Shown in pieces: positions 1 to 12,595 of a stretch of DNA of 64,000 nucleotides. Made by a program: the position numbers and the translations under genes. Under the pieces are notes generated by a model. That model was given only the letters and a program-made list of their open reading frames with translations. It did not search any database and was not told the origin of the DNA. This stretch comes from Trichoplax adhaerens (Eukaryota; Animalia; Placozoa): positions 3,257,567 through 3,321,566 of the forward strand of contig NW_002060950.1 of the NCBI RefSeq assembly GCF_000150275.1. The letters run 5' to 3'. Positions within the stretch are counted from its first letter, which is position 1; each line of letters opens with the position of its first letter.

Positions 1-296
1 TTGTCATAACTAAATGTATATTGATAACCATTACTGGTCTAGATAGAAAAGCTGATTTTTCTGTCTTTGATTTATAAGTTCATAATAAATTATTGACGTT
101 AAATTACTTAGAAATCTTGATGAGTAATAAGTGTTTTAGAGAAATAAACTACAGTTTAACGAAATTTTGTTTGCTACATTTTACATGAGGTGCCACGGTT
201 TGATTGGGCGACTAGTTATAGTTTTTCTCACAAGGCGTAACTTTTAACTGAATATAAAGCTATATTTTATACTATTTTTAAAAAAGAATTTATAAC

Positions 297-919
297 TGTC
301 ACAAAACAGCTTTACAACAAGATAACGTAATGTACGATCAATAAGTCAATTCCTTGAACCACGTATCAAGGAACGATATCTGCACTATCACAAACACTTT
401 TGCTCTACTAGCAGACTACACAAAGACTTAAACGCCTCGTATTTTACGTTAAACACTAAGTTTGACAATTCACTTTATTTCACGATATACTGCATTTATA
501 TGCTATTCCTCAATAATTCATGAGTCATACAATTAACATTAGAATCATTTACTGAATTAGATATTAATTTTAGCTACTGCTCCCTTAATGCAGACAACAG
601 TATTTACGAAAATAGACATGTAATGACTAATACAGAATAGTCAGATTACGATATGTCCTATCACGGAACATTTACATGATAATTTACAGTCTACCATAAG
701 TAAATTACAATCACAATGATTCGAACTATAAGTAGATGATTTGCATTCCTTATTATAGCTATTAATTTCAGTATGAGTATAAGTGTCACTGTCATAAAAA
801 GTCAGTGCTATATTAAAACACAGTATATCCAAATTATAAGTTAACTAAATAAGGATAGTCTAATAGAATTATCCTAACATAGATATTTCTACTGTAATAC
901 AGTATATTACACTGTAACA
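297..919 (-). mobile_element. Family A solo-LTR-like element, copy A1 (623 bp), TSD ATAAC
   Basis: TGTCAC...GTAACA termini; ATAAC at 292-296 and 920-924; near-identical copies at 31207 and 49232 and an inverted copy at 2053. Strand assigned from TATA/AATAAA order. Confidence 0.9.
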
Positions 920-1866
920 ATAACGTTACTAAATTAATTCAGTAATAAATTTCTACTTAGCAAATCATAAACCTACTGATACATTTTGTGTGATACTAAG
1001 ATAGGTAAAATAGTTTCCGATAGGCACTGAAACGTAGTTGGAGCTAGGCATCTTCAGTAGGATTTAGAATTTATTACTTTTAAGAGAGTGAGACCGTAAC
1101 AATAATCTATATATAGGCACAGCTTATTTCATGTATTAATAAGTGAATATCATAAAACAATTTTACTAGTACTACTAACAAATATTGCATATTATATACC
1201 TTTGTAAATTATTTAATTACTTGTATAGTGTAAGATTCATATTATGATGTGTAATGTAAATGCAGTAATTAACGTTGGTCTTAATTATCAAGATTTTGAC
1301 AAGACTCCTTATTTAAATTAATTATGAATTAGTAACTTGTACTTGAATATAGAATATAAATACCCAACATTCAAGGCTGAGCAAGCTGAGCACGAGGAAG
1401 AGATTTAAAGGAGAAATATTGATTGCATCTGATCTTGCTACTAGTTGATGATATATAGGTATTGAATTAGTGGCTGTTCATTTACTTGTTAGCAGCTTCT
1501 ATTTTCTAACTAACAATTTGAATATATTGTTGGATCTAAGGTCCGTTAGTTATTATTGACTACATTCTAGCATATAGCAATCAAACAAGGCCTATACTTA
1601 TAATTTATAAGGTGAATCATAAACTTTACTTGAAAAGTTATTTCGAAACAGGAGAAAATAGTATTAGATTTAATTTCTAACGATAAATCAAAAAAAATCA
1701 ATGCAACTTTAGACAAGCAAATATTACTACTGCTGACATGATGCTAGTTCTATTAACTAAATACTGTACTCTTACAATATCATTTGCTTACTATTTGGAA
1801 ATTGTTATTCTTCCTAATCTTGAAATATCAAGATGCTTGATTTCTTCTAGGCTAGTTTTAAACAAT

Positions 1867-3017
1867 TGTCGCAAAACACTTTTGCAACAAGTTTTAAGTA
1901 AAAATAAATCTCTGAATTTCTAAAGTTTCTGGATTCTGTATCCCTTAATCACTCACACGAACTTAAATGCCTTTACTGCTACGTTACAAAACTAGAGAAT
2001 TGATTTATTTCAATAATCTGCTGAGTTTAAATGCCTTTCGGCTTAGGCCATCTGTGACGGTGTTATATACAGTATTAGAGTAGAAATATCTATGTTAGGA
2101 TAATTATGTTAGCCTATCCTTATTTAGTTAACTTCTAATTTGGATATACTGTGTTTTAATATAGCACTGACTTTTTATGACAGTTGTACATATACACATA
2201 CTAAATTAATAGTTATAATAGAGAATGCAAATCATCTACTTACAGTTCGAATCATTGTGATTGTAACTTAGTTATGGTAGATTGTAAATTATCATGGAAA
2301 TGTTCCATGATAAGACATATCGTAATCTGAATATTCTGTATTAGTCATCAGATGTCCTTGTTCGTAAATACTGTTGTCTGCATTAAGGGAGCAGTAGCTA
2401 AAATTAATATCTAATTCAGTGAATGATTCCAAAGTTAATCGTACTAACTATGACTTTTGAACTATTGAGGTAGTATATAAATGCAGTATATCGTGTAATA
2501 AAGCGGATTCTTAAACTTAGTGTTTAGCGTAAAGTACGAGGCGAGGCATCTAAATCTTTGTGTAGTCTGCTAGTACAGCAAAAGTATATCTGATAGTGCA
2601 GATATCGTTCCTTGATACGTGGTTCAAGGAATTGACTTATTGATCGTATATTACGTTATCTTGTTGCAAGCTGTTTGTGACACCATCATTGATGAATTAT
2701 TATCTTATAACAATATTTGTCGATATGGATATTTACGGACTGATTTTATGTAATCGGGCTACAGTAAGTAATATATCCATTCATACAGTCATCCCAATAT
2801 ACCTATATTCTAGTATTAATCATAATTACAGTTGCAAGAGCTTACACTGTAATCAATTACTATATAAAAATTGTATTACAGTACGATATCTAATTTATTG
2901 TAACATATTGTAACTTCAGTGATTCCTACTGTAGGCAACTAACTGTAATCACCATAGATAGATGTCAATTCGCTAAATTCAGTCATTTAGCTCTTCACGA
3001 TAGTTCGCACCGTGAAG
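1867..3017 (-). mobile_element. Family E element (older copy) split by insertion A2
   Basis: The reverse complement of 2870-3016 matches the E start at 38781 (TCACGGTRCGAACTATCGTGAAG), and the reverse complement of 1867-2047 matches the E end. Flanks ACAAT/CCGAT are a possible degraded TSD. Confidence 0.8.
2053..2682 (+). mobile_element. Family A element, copy A2 (630 bp), TSD CCATC, nested in a family E copy
   Basis: TGTGAC...GTGACA; CCATC at 2048-2052 and 2683-2687; TATATAAA at 2474-2481 followed by AATAAA at 2497-2502. Confidence 0.9.
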
Positions 3018-3443
3018 CCGATATCCTCTGGCGAATTTATATTGAATACAGTGTTAATAATAAGGAAAGCGTTTAGCGCCATCCTTATTTCGTTACATCG
3101 TATCAAACGGATCTCCTGACAGTCATGCCTGCATTTTCTATCAACTTGAAGATAATAACCTGATTTTATAAGATCAATTATTGACTGCAACTATTATCAC
3201 AAAACAATAATCTTGAAATCAATCATTTTGATAACAATGAAATTGCAATAATTTATCGACGAATGATCAAAATTAGAAATAACTATTAATTTTTCTTCAA
3301 TCCAAACGAAATTATTATTTCGATGACACGAATGGTCCATAAATAAATTAACCATAACATTTATATTTATTCTTATGACATAACTAAATAGCTTAAATTC
3401 ACCGAATGTTGCTTTTATCCTCCATCTAAGCTGGCAGGCAAAA

Positions 3444-4538
3444 ATGGAAAGCTTAAATGGTTCTAAAGAAGATGTTAGCAAAATAATTAACTATACAAAT
3501 CCTACTCTAGATACGAATCTGCTTTCAAGAGCTGGACCTGCAGTCTTCATATTCGTTGCTTTTGGTATCATCCCCAACATTATTATCGTGGCAGGTACTC
3601 AATTGAAAAAATCGTTACGTGGAAAAACGTATTATTTTATACGTAATCTAGCATGCTGTGATTTACTACTTGCTCTTTCAAAAATATCTACAATAATTAC
3701 TTCAATCACGGCAAATAGAAGTCCGATTCCATATCATACTTTCAATATGATTTGTAAATTCTTGATCGTTTTCCCAACTTATTGGTCCTATACAGCTTCT
3801 GTACAAACACTGGTTATTATCAGTATCGAGCGTTATCGCGCTATTTATCGACCTACAAAAAAAGTAACGCCTAAAAAGGCTAAATTACTTTGCGCCTTAG
3901 CATGGCTTGTCTCACTCTTAATTTCACTACCATTCCTCTTCTCAGCTACATCAGTCCAAAATCAATGTGCTCAATTTCCATCCCAATCGCGTTGGGCTAT
4001 TATTGTCAATGTGATCTTAATTATATTTCAGTTTGTAATTCCGATGATCGTTATGATTACTGCTTATATTCTAATATTTCGTAAACTTCGGATAACGACG
4101 ACTTCGATTACACGCGAATCTGCTAATAGTAGAAATCTAAAGCGTAAGACTACTTCTATGTTACTTGCTACGACAGTAACATTTTTGTTATGTGCTTTAC
4201 CTTGGACCTTAATGTTGCTTTTAGAAGCATTTACTGGTAAATTTGCATCTCAGTTATTTTATGATCTTGGAAATCCTGGACAGCGAGCGATTGCAATACT
4301 AGGTATGATATCAATGCCTATATCAACGGTGTATAATTCAGTCATTTACTGTATTTTCAATACAGAAATTCGAGGATTACTTTTTCCTTGCTACAGTCCA
4401 AGCAAAATCAACGCTATTGCTATGCCTAGTGAGTTTCTGTCTGGAGAAAAGAATAACAATCGTGATAATAATATGGTAACATTATCTCTACAAAATAATT
4501 GCAAGAAAGGAAGCTCAAGTTTAACTTTAATTACTTAA
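3444..4538 (+). CDS. Intronless class A (rhodopsin-like) GPCR, cluster member 1 (364 aa)
   Basis: Seven hydrophobic segments; TM1 GIIPN, TM2 NLACCD, TM3 C...SIERY, TM4 W, ECL2 Cys, TM5 FQFVIP, TM6 CALPW, TM7 YNSVIY (NPxxY variant), helix-8 IFNTEIR followed by Cys; N-terminal sequons NGS and NYT. Confidence 0.95.
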   Translation: MESLNGSKEDVSKIINYTNPTLDTNLLSRAGPAVFIFVAFGIIPNIIIVAGTQLKKSLRGKTYYFIRNLACCDLLLALSKISTIITSITANRSPIPYHTFNMICKFLIVFPTYWSYTASVQTLVIISIERYRAIYRPTKKVTPKKAKLLCALAWLVSLLISLPFLFSATSVQNQCAQFPSQSRWAIIVNVILIIFQFVIPMIVMITAYILIFRKLRITTTSITRESANSRNLKRKTTSMLLATTVTFLLCALPWTLMLLLEAFTGKFASQLFYDLGNPGQRAIAILGMISMPISTVYNSVIYCIFNTEIRGLLFPCYSPSKINAIAMPSEFLSGEKNNNRDNNMVTLSLQNNCKKGSSSLTLIT

Positions 4539-7500
4539 AGCCAAATTTTAATTCATAAAGATAGATTAATTAAAAGTATTAACATAGACATCTAAATTTA
4601 TTTCCTGAGAAAAAATCCAGAATTTCACGGTATTAATCATTAGAGCCAATATTATTCATTACTACTGCAGTTTTCTAAAGACTATATATATCTCAAAGTT
4701 CGAACAAGAAAAATTGTAGTGTTAATCTATACACAAAGTTAAAAGCCAAAGCTAGAAATATTCGATGTTAAAATAAAACAATAGCTACGCTTTATTTCAG
4801 AAAATATCCCAATTACTTCGAAAATTATCGAGGTATAATAAAATCACTTTCGCTGTCACTATTTCTGATTCAAAGGTTATAATACTAAGTTTAGCAATGA
4901 ATATTTACTTCTGAATGTGCAGTATGTCAACTTTATAGTTCGGAGGAGATCATCGGTAAAATCATAGTTGGCAACAAACTCCTAGCTTACTGTAAAGCTT
5001 ATAAATTACTTAAGTGATACAGGTCGATCAGTGCAAAAATATTGTATATTAATAATAAGTAGTATTATTTAAACAATTTGATTTCGGAGTGTAATAATAT
5101 AATAATTAATTAACAGTCAAATTCTTATGTAAATCATCATATTTTTATATTCTCAGAGATAATACTGAGACAGCGTTGCTATGTTATGAAGAATGTTCAT
5201 CAAGGCTCAAAAGAAATTTCTAGACTTTTATTACGGAAAAATTCTTTACATGGAGCCTTTGATATTGCATTTATAAAATATATTAGGTAGGAAAGTATAT
5301 CGATAGCGATCGATCTATGGCGATCACATCTTTATGTATAGTTATTGAAGTACTTTCGTAATATTATTCAAGCATTGATAATTAAGGTTTACGTAAGTAT
5401 GCTTTAAGTGAGATGGCTTTGCAATAAAATTTGGTTCCACAGTTCCATCTAAGAAAGATAGTTACTACGCTGTCTTGACTGTGAGAAATGGTCTATATTT
5501 AAGTGGCTTACTTCCTCCTAGCAAATTTCGGTTTGCATTAGCACAGTAAGAGTACTTATGAAATTTGTTAAATCATTCCGCTTTTGATTTATACCTGGCA
5601 AGGTGAGAATGTAATAAGTTGGGCAATAACAGTGCCATAGATTACTAAACTATCATGAACAATATATAGTAATCCCTGGCAGCTACTAATATCGCGAGTA
5701 TAGAATGCGGTTTCAAAATTACGGATTAGAAATTTCTAAGATTTACTTGTCCATAATTTCAGAATCAAACGAAAAAGAAGTTATAAGAAATGTACCTTAG
5801 AAAAACCAAAATAGTCTCATTCTTTTAATATATTTTACGCAATAGGCATAAAGTTTCTCAAACAGTTACTACTTAATAAAAAGCTTCGGTATTTTCTTAT
5901 AACCTTACGGGTTATTTTTAAACTGTTTTTTCCTAAATGTATGCAAGAATGCTCGTCTTTAAAACAATATTTAATTACAACTCAACCGTCATGTATTAAT
6001 AACTGCTATATAATAATATACAGTAATAGCAATTTGTACAACGAACAACTATCCTAGATAGTAAGGTATCATTAAACTACTCCAGTACTCTTCTCCATTA
6101 TATTTAACTTTAAACAGCAGTTGCTTTTATTTACGACAAAATTTATGATTAAAAGCAATACTTGATTTATATTGTAGCATGAATTGCTTTACTTTCCCTT
6201 AAATTAATTTTTCGCATCAATTTTTAGATGAGCTGCATTAAAAGCTGAAGTTTATAATATATCTTTAACGAACATGTAAAAGGATAGACAAAAGCAAAGA
6301 TTATGCTACTTTAATTCCACCTTAAAATAATACTTACGGGCATAGTTCTCGATCTACAAACGACATTAAACCTTTCTTTGTTTCCTAAATCTATGCAGTA
6401 TCGGTAACAGTTGAACTTGCTTGTTTCCTTTTGATTGACTCAAACTTTAATTATCTATTTAATTTAGCCATAAATCGCAATGACTAGGATTAACAGATTT
6501 GAAAGCTGACTCTTCGTATCTGTCACAGGTCGAAATTTGTAACGAGGTAAAAGTTAAAACTATTTTAGGAATTATACTGCGAGTCTACTGTCAGATTTGC
6601 CCTTCTTAGCATTTACCTATAGTGCGAAGCTGAATACTGACGATTTCCTATCTTAAGGAACAGTAACACAACATCAGTATTTCTTTGACATAACTGAATC
6701 CAAACTTTATTGAAAAGTCAGTCGATTTGTAGTAGACTGATATAAATATGAATTATCAGTTTATAAATAGCTTTATTATAAAACTACGCAGTTATCTATT
6801 AAAAATATGTAAAATATCATATATAAACCAATGCAAGTGCATTCCTAGATAAACTATCTAATGGAATCTATGTTACGACAGCAACGCAAAAGCTACTCCG
6901 AAATAGTATCACAGCGTGCAACTAAAATTGATACGGAGTAGGATTAAGTAGAAACAATTGCTGTCGCAAAATAAACTAACAAAGTTGTTGTTCTAGTTAA
7001 AGTCAATAATTATATTATAAAATTTCATTGTAGCACTACGTCAATCATTTTATAATATAATTGTAGAAGTTGAATAATTAATTAGGCAAATCATTATCTC
7101 TACCGTATCGAAAGAACTTACCTTTACCGTCTATATTCTCTTAGTATTGACGTAGCAATATTCTCTCAATGATTGAGTCTTTGTGCCAGACCTATACGTA
7201 GTTGTCCATTAGTATAACTATCATTATGTAACAGCGTATAGGTAAGCCATCATCAATAAAGTTTGTTTAATGAGTCTTTACTTTTGAGTGGTTTTTACTC
7301 TAGGTAAAAAAGGAATGGATCAATGAGCTGCTTATTAATAGTAACTACTGGCAAGACAAGAATTACATATAGAAGATAAATTTTTCTATTATATTCTTGA
7401 ATAATAACTAAACGCTACGTAATCATATTGTTAATACAATATAAACTAAAAATCATGCGTCAGGTTTACTCACAGATCGGAAGAACATATTAATCGACAT

Positions 7501-8409
7501 CAGACTACTAATGGAAATAATGAAATTGTATTATCTTTATAAAATTCTAGACAATCGACTATCACCATCATCAAAGCTATACTTACCCTCTAGAAATAAA
7601 TACTTTTCATCAGAGAAGCAAATGCAGACGCGAAAATAATAAGGTCTATAATCTCATTTCATCCCTATCCATAGAATGAGCATATCCAGGCGTATTTTGC
7701 TTCAAAAATACTAGCCATAAATTACTTGTCGGGTAATCACATTAAACTATGTTATCAAATTGATTCGATGATATTTCCAAAGTAATTAAAATGCTGTAAA
7801 GCAGCTGAGGCTACTTTAATTAAATTTTTCTTGATGGGCTACGGTACTGTGCCTAAATTTATCTTAAAGATTAAGATCAAAAATGGAACATAAATAATGT
7901 ATAAGCATTCAGCACTGCATTAATTTCGTTCCATCTTTCAAATGGATTATTGGCCAGTTTTCAAACTTAAATTCTCAATTTAAAATGTTACGTAAGTATC
8001 TTAGCGTTAATCGTCAACTTCGATTTTGATCAGGAAACATTTAAATTTCAAAATTTTGATCATAATCGTAAAATAGTTATCAACCCTAACGCCAGTCTAA
8101 TTATAATTATCTAACAATCAATCATCATCTCCAAATTCTAACCAAGGAGCAATTAACTTGAAATCTATCAAATTTGAATCGAAAAAGCAAAAATTTGCTA
8201 TCGGATTGTATTAAAATGGAAAAATGATTATTTATTGTTATTTTGAATATTGATAGTAGCCTAATCAAGTGAATTAATCGCCTTTATGGCGAAATTGACC
8301 TACTCAAGGTTATCACCAGTCATACATAAATGGGGCTGGCAAACTGTGCTTTTTTAACCGTTATATCTGAGAAAATAAATGGCCGTTGCTTGATATTGCT
8401 TGTGTGATC

Positions 8410-9195
8410 CATTTATTTCTGCTAGCAAGCTGTGATCTATTGCTTGCTACGCCAATGACATCTGCCTTAAGTACTTCAATCATGGCAAAGAGAAGTCCCA
8501 TACCATCTCTTATTCATATAATAATTTGTAAAATCTTGATCGCTTTCCCAGTTTATTGGTCGTATACAGTTTCGGTATAAATCCTCGTTATCATTAGTAT
8601 TAAGCGCTATATCATTATCTTCCGGCCCACTGAGAAATTAGCACCAAAAATACTAAAATGTTGTACGCTTTGGTATGAATTATCTTGTTACTTTTTTAAC
8701 ACCCTTCCCCATTCATAATCATATCGGTTCAAAGTCAATGTGCTCAATTTTCATCTCGATCAATTTGGGCTATTATTGTTAATATGATATTGGTTGTGTT
8801 TCAATTTTTTTATTCGGATGATCGTTACATTGACTGCTTATGTTTTGATCCTATCCCAACTTGAGAGGAAAGTGATTTCAATTGAACAGGAATCTACTAA
8901 TAGTAAAAATCTTAAGCGTAAGTTTACTTACGTTCTTCTAATTATAACTGTAACATTTTTTTATGCTCTTTACCTTGGACCTTACCGTTACTTTGAAGGC
9001 ATTTACGGTCAATTTGTGACACTGGTTTTACTAGATGATAGCAATCCAAGGAATCCAAGGATGCGGGCAATTATCATATTAGGTAGGATATCAATGCCTG
9101 TCACTGCGACCATCTATAATCCAATAATTTATTGTATTTTTATGGTAAAATTTGAGAATTACTTTTTTTCTATGCTATTATCGATGGAAAAATAA
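8410..9195 (+). pseudogene. GPCR pseudogene, closest to member 1; 5' part (N-terminus/TM1) not found
   Basis: LASCDLLLA...ICKILIAFPVYWSYTVSV then TAA at 8578-8580 where the paralogue has Gln. ERY has decayed to KRY, there are several frameshifts, and it ends with IYNPIIYCIF. DNA is clearly similar to 3647-4390. Confidence 0.9.
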
Positions 9196-11509
9196 CGTAA
9201 TTGCCTCAAGCGTTGGGCTCCCTGCTCAAGAAAGGACTGAGAATCGTCTTTAATTAAAAAACACATAGTTTCCAATTCGAAAGGATCAATTAAGGGTGCT
9301 CACCATTAAGAAACAGCTCCATTTAGATTTAGCTTTATAGTAACTATTATATTATCATAGATCATTCAATGCTACAAAATTTTCTGCCAAAATTGCTCTC
9401 ATTCTTAGTTTGATCTAATTTTAAAACTGAGTATAACTCCATGCTTTCTATTGGGTAAAAAGCAAAAAGAATTTTGACGTTCTTGAAACTTCGGAAAATT
9501 ACTATAGTACAGTTGGCATTTTTGTAATGATTAAAATATCTACTATCGACTCGATCGGAGAAAGCTTATTAGCTTCATACATAATGAAACTGTACTTTAA
9601 TTATCGAAAATATACAATAGATATTTAACGTCATATGCATTAAAAGTTAGCAAATTATGCTAGAGAATGCCAGATTGCACTGCATGCAATAGTTGACGTT
9701 ACATAGTATTATCAAAAAATCCCCGTTTGGACTGATATAGATTTTAGCACACTGACCGGCATATAATAAAATATAATTAAAAACATTATGCAAAAGGCAC
9801 ATACATAATTATATTTATTGTACCAATATAAATTCACTAGTATCGGTATATTATAAATATTAATATTATTGTTCGAATTAATTAAAAGGCTTTCGATTCC
9901 TATACGTGATTTATGTCTAAAATTAAACAAAGTCGCAAATAAAAATTGTTACCAATCTAACCATTGTTCAATTTCAATTATCAAAATAGTCTTATATTGA
10001 AAGCTATTCCATAATAATTCTTATGAACTTATTTAACGATACGGATTCAAAATATGTCACCATACTCTCCAGTAATATCCACCTTTACTTAGTTTTAACT
10101 TTTTGGTTAGCTAATCAATTATACTGCGTTCTTAATTAACTAATATACAATTAGTCATCATAGAACAATGAAATAGCTTCAAATTTCTATGGCCAAAACT
10201 GAGATAACGTGTTCTTAATGGAAATAAAAAATAATAAGCTTGATTTTACGTGTAAGTACCTCAAGACAGTTTATTTCTTCAGTACCTTCATTAGAAGACG
10301 ATAAATGAGGAGAAATAATATTTTACTATGAGTACACACAACAAAAAGATATTGTTGATATGCAAATTAATTATGTTAACATTCTATCTTATAGTACTTA
10401 AGAGAGCTTGTTTGATAAATTGATCTTGCTTGCATTCTGTCTATGAAATCACGGAGCATAATTTTTATCATTATAAAACTTTCCTAAGTTGACCATGATT
10501 ATAGAGACTAAAAGCATCACAAAAACTTCATCACATCGTTAATAAAATACAACAGTAAAGAACTAACTTAACCAAACCAAATTACTTTTAGAAATGTTCA
10601 TGCTATAATTTTGCTTACCTAATTAGTTTTTGATATGCCGATCTTTAAAATCGAACAAATGACCAATAATTAAACATAATCAAAACAAGATGATATTTAT
10701 GCGTAATAATTCAATATTTAGATATTATCGTTGTTATTGGTTATAATCTTGTTTTTCAATAAACACGATCTTCTATTATTAATTAACTAATAGATAGAAT
10801 ATGAAAAATTACACCTAATAATTAAAAACATTGACAGCAGTGCTTTATTAATAATTTTGATAAATAAGATATCAGTTTTGAATAATATCAAGTATCTCAG
10901 GCTGATTGCTTTTGTCAAACTATTTTAATCAATTCCTGTTTTACTCTTTTACTCGAATCATCGATATAAGCACTAACTCTGGACGGAGAAAAAATAATTA
11001 TTGTGTATAATTAGTTAAAATTTACTATTGCAAAAGTTGCCGATTGAAAGTGGCTTTGCATTCTAGCTTTGTTAAGCAAATTTATGTTAACGATATTGCC
11101 TTATATTCTATGGTAATTATTGATAAAACTTGATCAATCTATCGATAAATAGTACAGTCCGAATGATAACAGTTAAAAACCCCAGGGTGATCATATAAAC
11201 AAATAACATTGCACCTACCGGCATTTATGATAGAATACAAATTGACATTGGCACTATTGTTAAATGATACCATCTATTTTTTGTTCTAATAATTGTACTA
11301 ATTGTAAGCTCAATATTAGTAAGGTATATATAGACACACAATACTGTAATTGTTCGTGAATTATTTTTTATACCGCAGCCTAGAAGTTGTAAATCAAAAC
11401 TGTTTCCACTTGTTGAATTACCTTTACCTAAATTCAACTGAGAATTAATCGCCCAATTCATAGCGGTTTAATCAAACTCTTATCAGTCACTAAATCAAAT
11501 TGATGATAT

Positions 11510-12595
11510 ATGAATATCACATCGGATAACAGGATTGATCGTAATCTTACCTTTGCTCCACAAGCGATCGAGATGCAACTTGGAATGGGTATCTTAACTC
11601 TGGCTTGTATTAGCATCATCCCTAATTTAATTATTATTATCGGTACTCATTATAAGACGATACTAAGAAGGTCAATGTACTATTTTATGGCCAACTTAGC
11701 TTTTTGTGATGTAATATTGTCTATCTCTCTACAATTAAGTATTTTATTAGCCATAGCAGCACAAAAAAAAACAATTACTGAATCAGATCATAGTATGCTC
11801 TGTAAATTTTTGGTAATCTTTCTAGGGTACTGGTCATATGGAGCTTCAGTACATACCCTCATTGTTATTAGCTATGAGCGCTATAATGCAATCTTACGAC
11901 CAACTGCAAAATTATCACGCAAAAAGGCCAAAAGTCTATGCGGCATAGCATGGCTTACTTCGCTTCCAATTTCAATTCCATTTCTAGTTACTGGTACCGC
12001 TAAGGGTTATCAATGCACTTCATATACTCATCATACAAGTTGGGTACTTGTCAGTAACTTGACTTTGGTAGTATTCCAATTCATCATACCCATTACTGTC
12101 ATGATAACTACCTATTCTTTAATTTTACGTCAACTAAGGTTTAAAGTATCGTCAGGACGAACTGAATGTAACAAGAATAAGCAGCTTAAACGGAGAACAG
12201 TTTATATGGTTATGCTTACAACGGCTATCTTTTTCGTTTGTGCCTTACCTTGGACGCTATCTCAGCTCATTGAAGCGTTTACAGGAAAATTTTCATTTCA
12301 ATTTTTTATTGATACTAGATTTTCTGCTTTTCAAACAATTATTAGATTAAGCAGAATATTATTGCCCGTGACCGCGCTATATAATCCAATTATTTACTGT
12401 ATCTTTAATGAACAGATACGAAAATTATTCTTTCCTTGCTGCTACTGGCAACGTATTACAGCCATTCAGATATTTTCTTCGCCCACTTCTCACAATAGAT
12501 TCAACAAGGTTGATAATAGCCTATCAGCCCTTTCAGCTATTAAATCTGAATTTAACCATACGAAGTCTACATTAACTGCAATTTCTATAAGCTAA
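11510..12595 (+). CDS. Intronless class A GPCR, cluster member (361 aa)
   Basis: SIIPN, NLAFCD, CK...YWSYGAS...SYERY, FQFIIP, CALPW, YNPIIYCIFN, C-terminal FPCC. Confidence 0.95.
   Translation: MNITSDNRIDRNLTFAPQAIEMQLGMGILTLACISIIPNLIIIIGTHYKTILRRSMYYFMANLAFCDVILSISLQLSILLAIAAQKKTITESDHSMLCKFLVIFLGYWSYGASVHTLIVISYERYNAILRPTAKLSRKKAKSLCGIAWLTSLPISIPFLVTGTAKGYQCTSYTHHTSWVLVSNLTLVVFQFIIPITVMITTYSLILRQLRFKVSSGRTECNKNKQLKRRTVYMVMLTTAIFFVCALPWTLSQLIEAFTGKFSFQFFIDTRFSAFQTIIRLSRILLPVTALYNPIIYCIFNEQIRKLFFPCCYWQRITAIQIFSSPTSHNRFNKVDNSLSALSAIKSEFNHTKSTLTAISIS

Noticed and set aside
641-832. 63-aa ORF repeated at 31551 and 49584 as a small multicopy gene
   Set aside because: It has a non-ATG start, lies inside family A elements and is broken by a stop in A2; the similarity reflects recent copying.
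297-2682. A 2.4-kb DNA transposon with ~625-bp terminal inverted repeats (A1 and A2 facing each other)
   Set aside because: Each arm has its own distinct 5-bp TSD and A2 sits inside an E copy, so these are two independent insertions.
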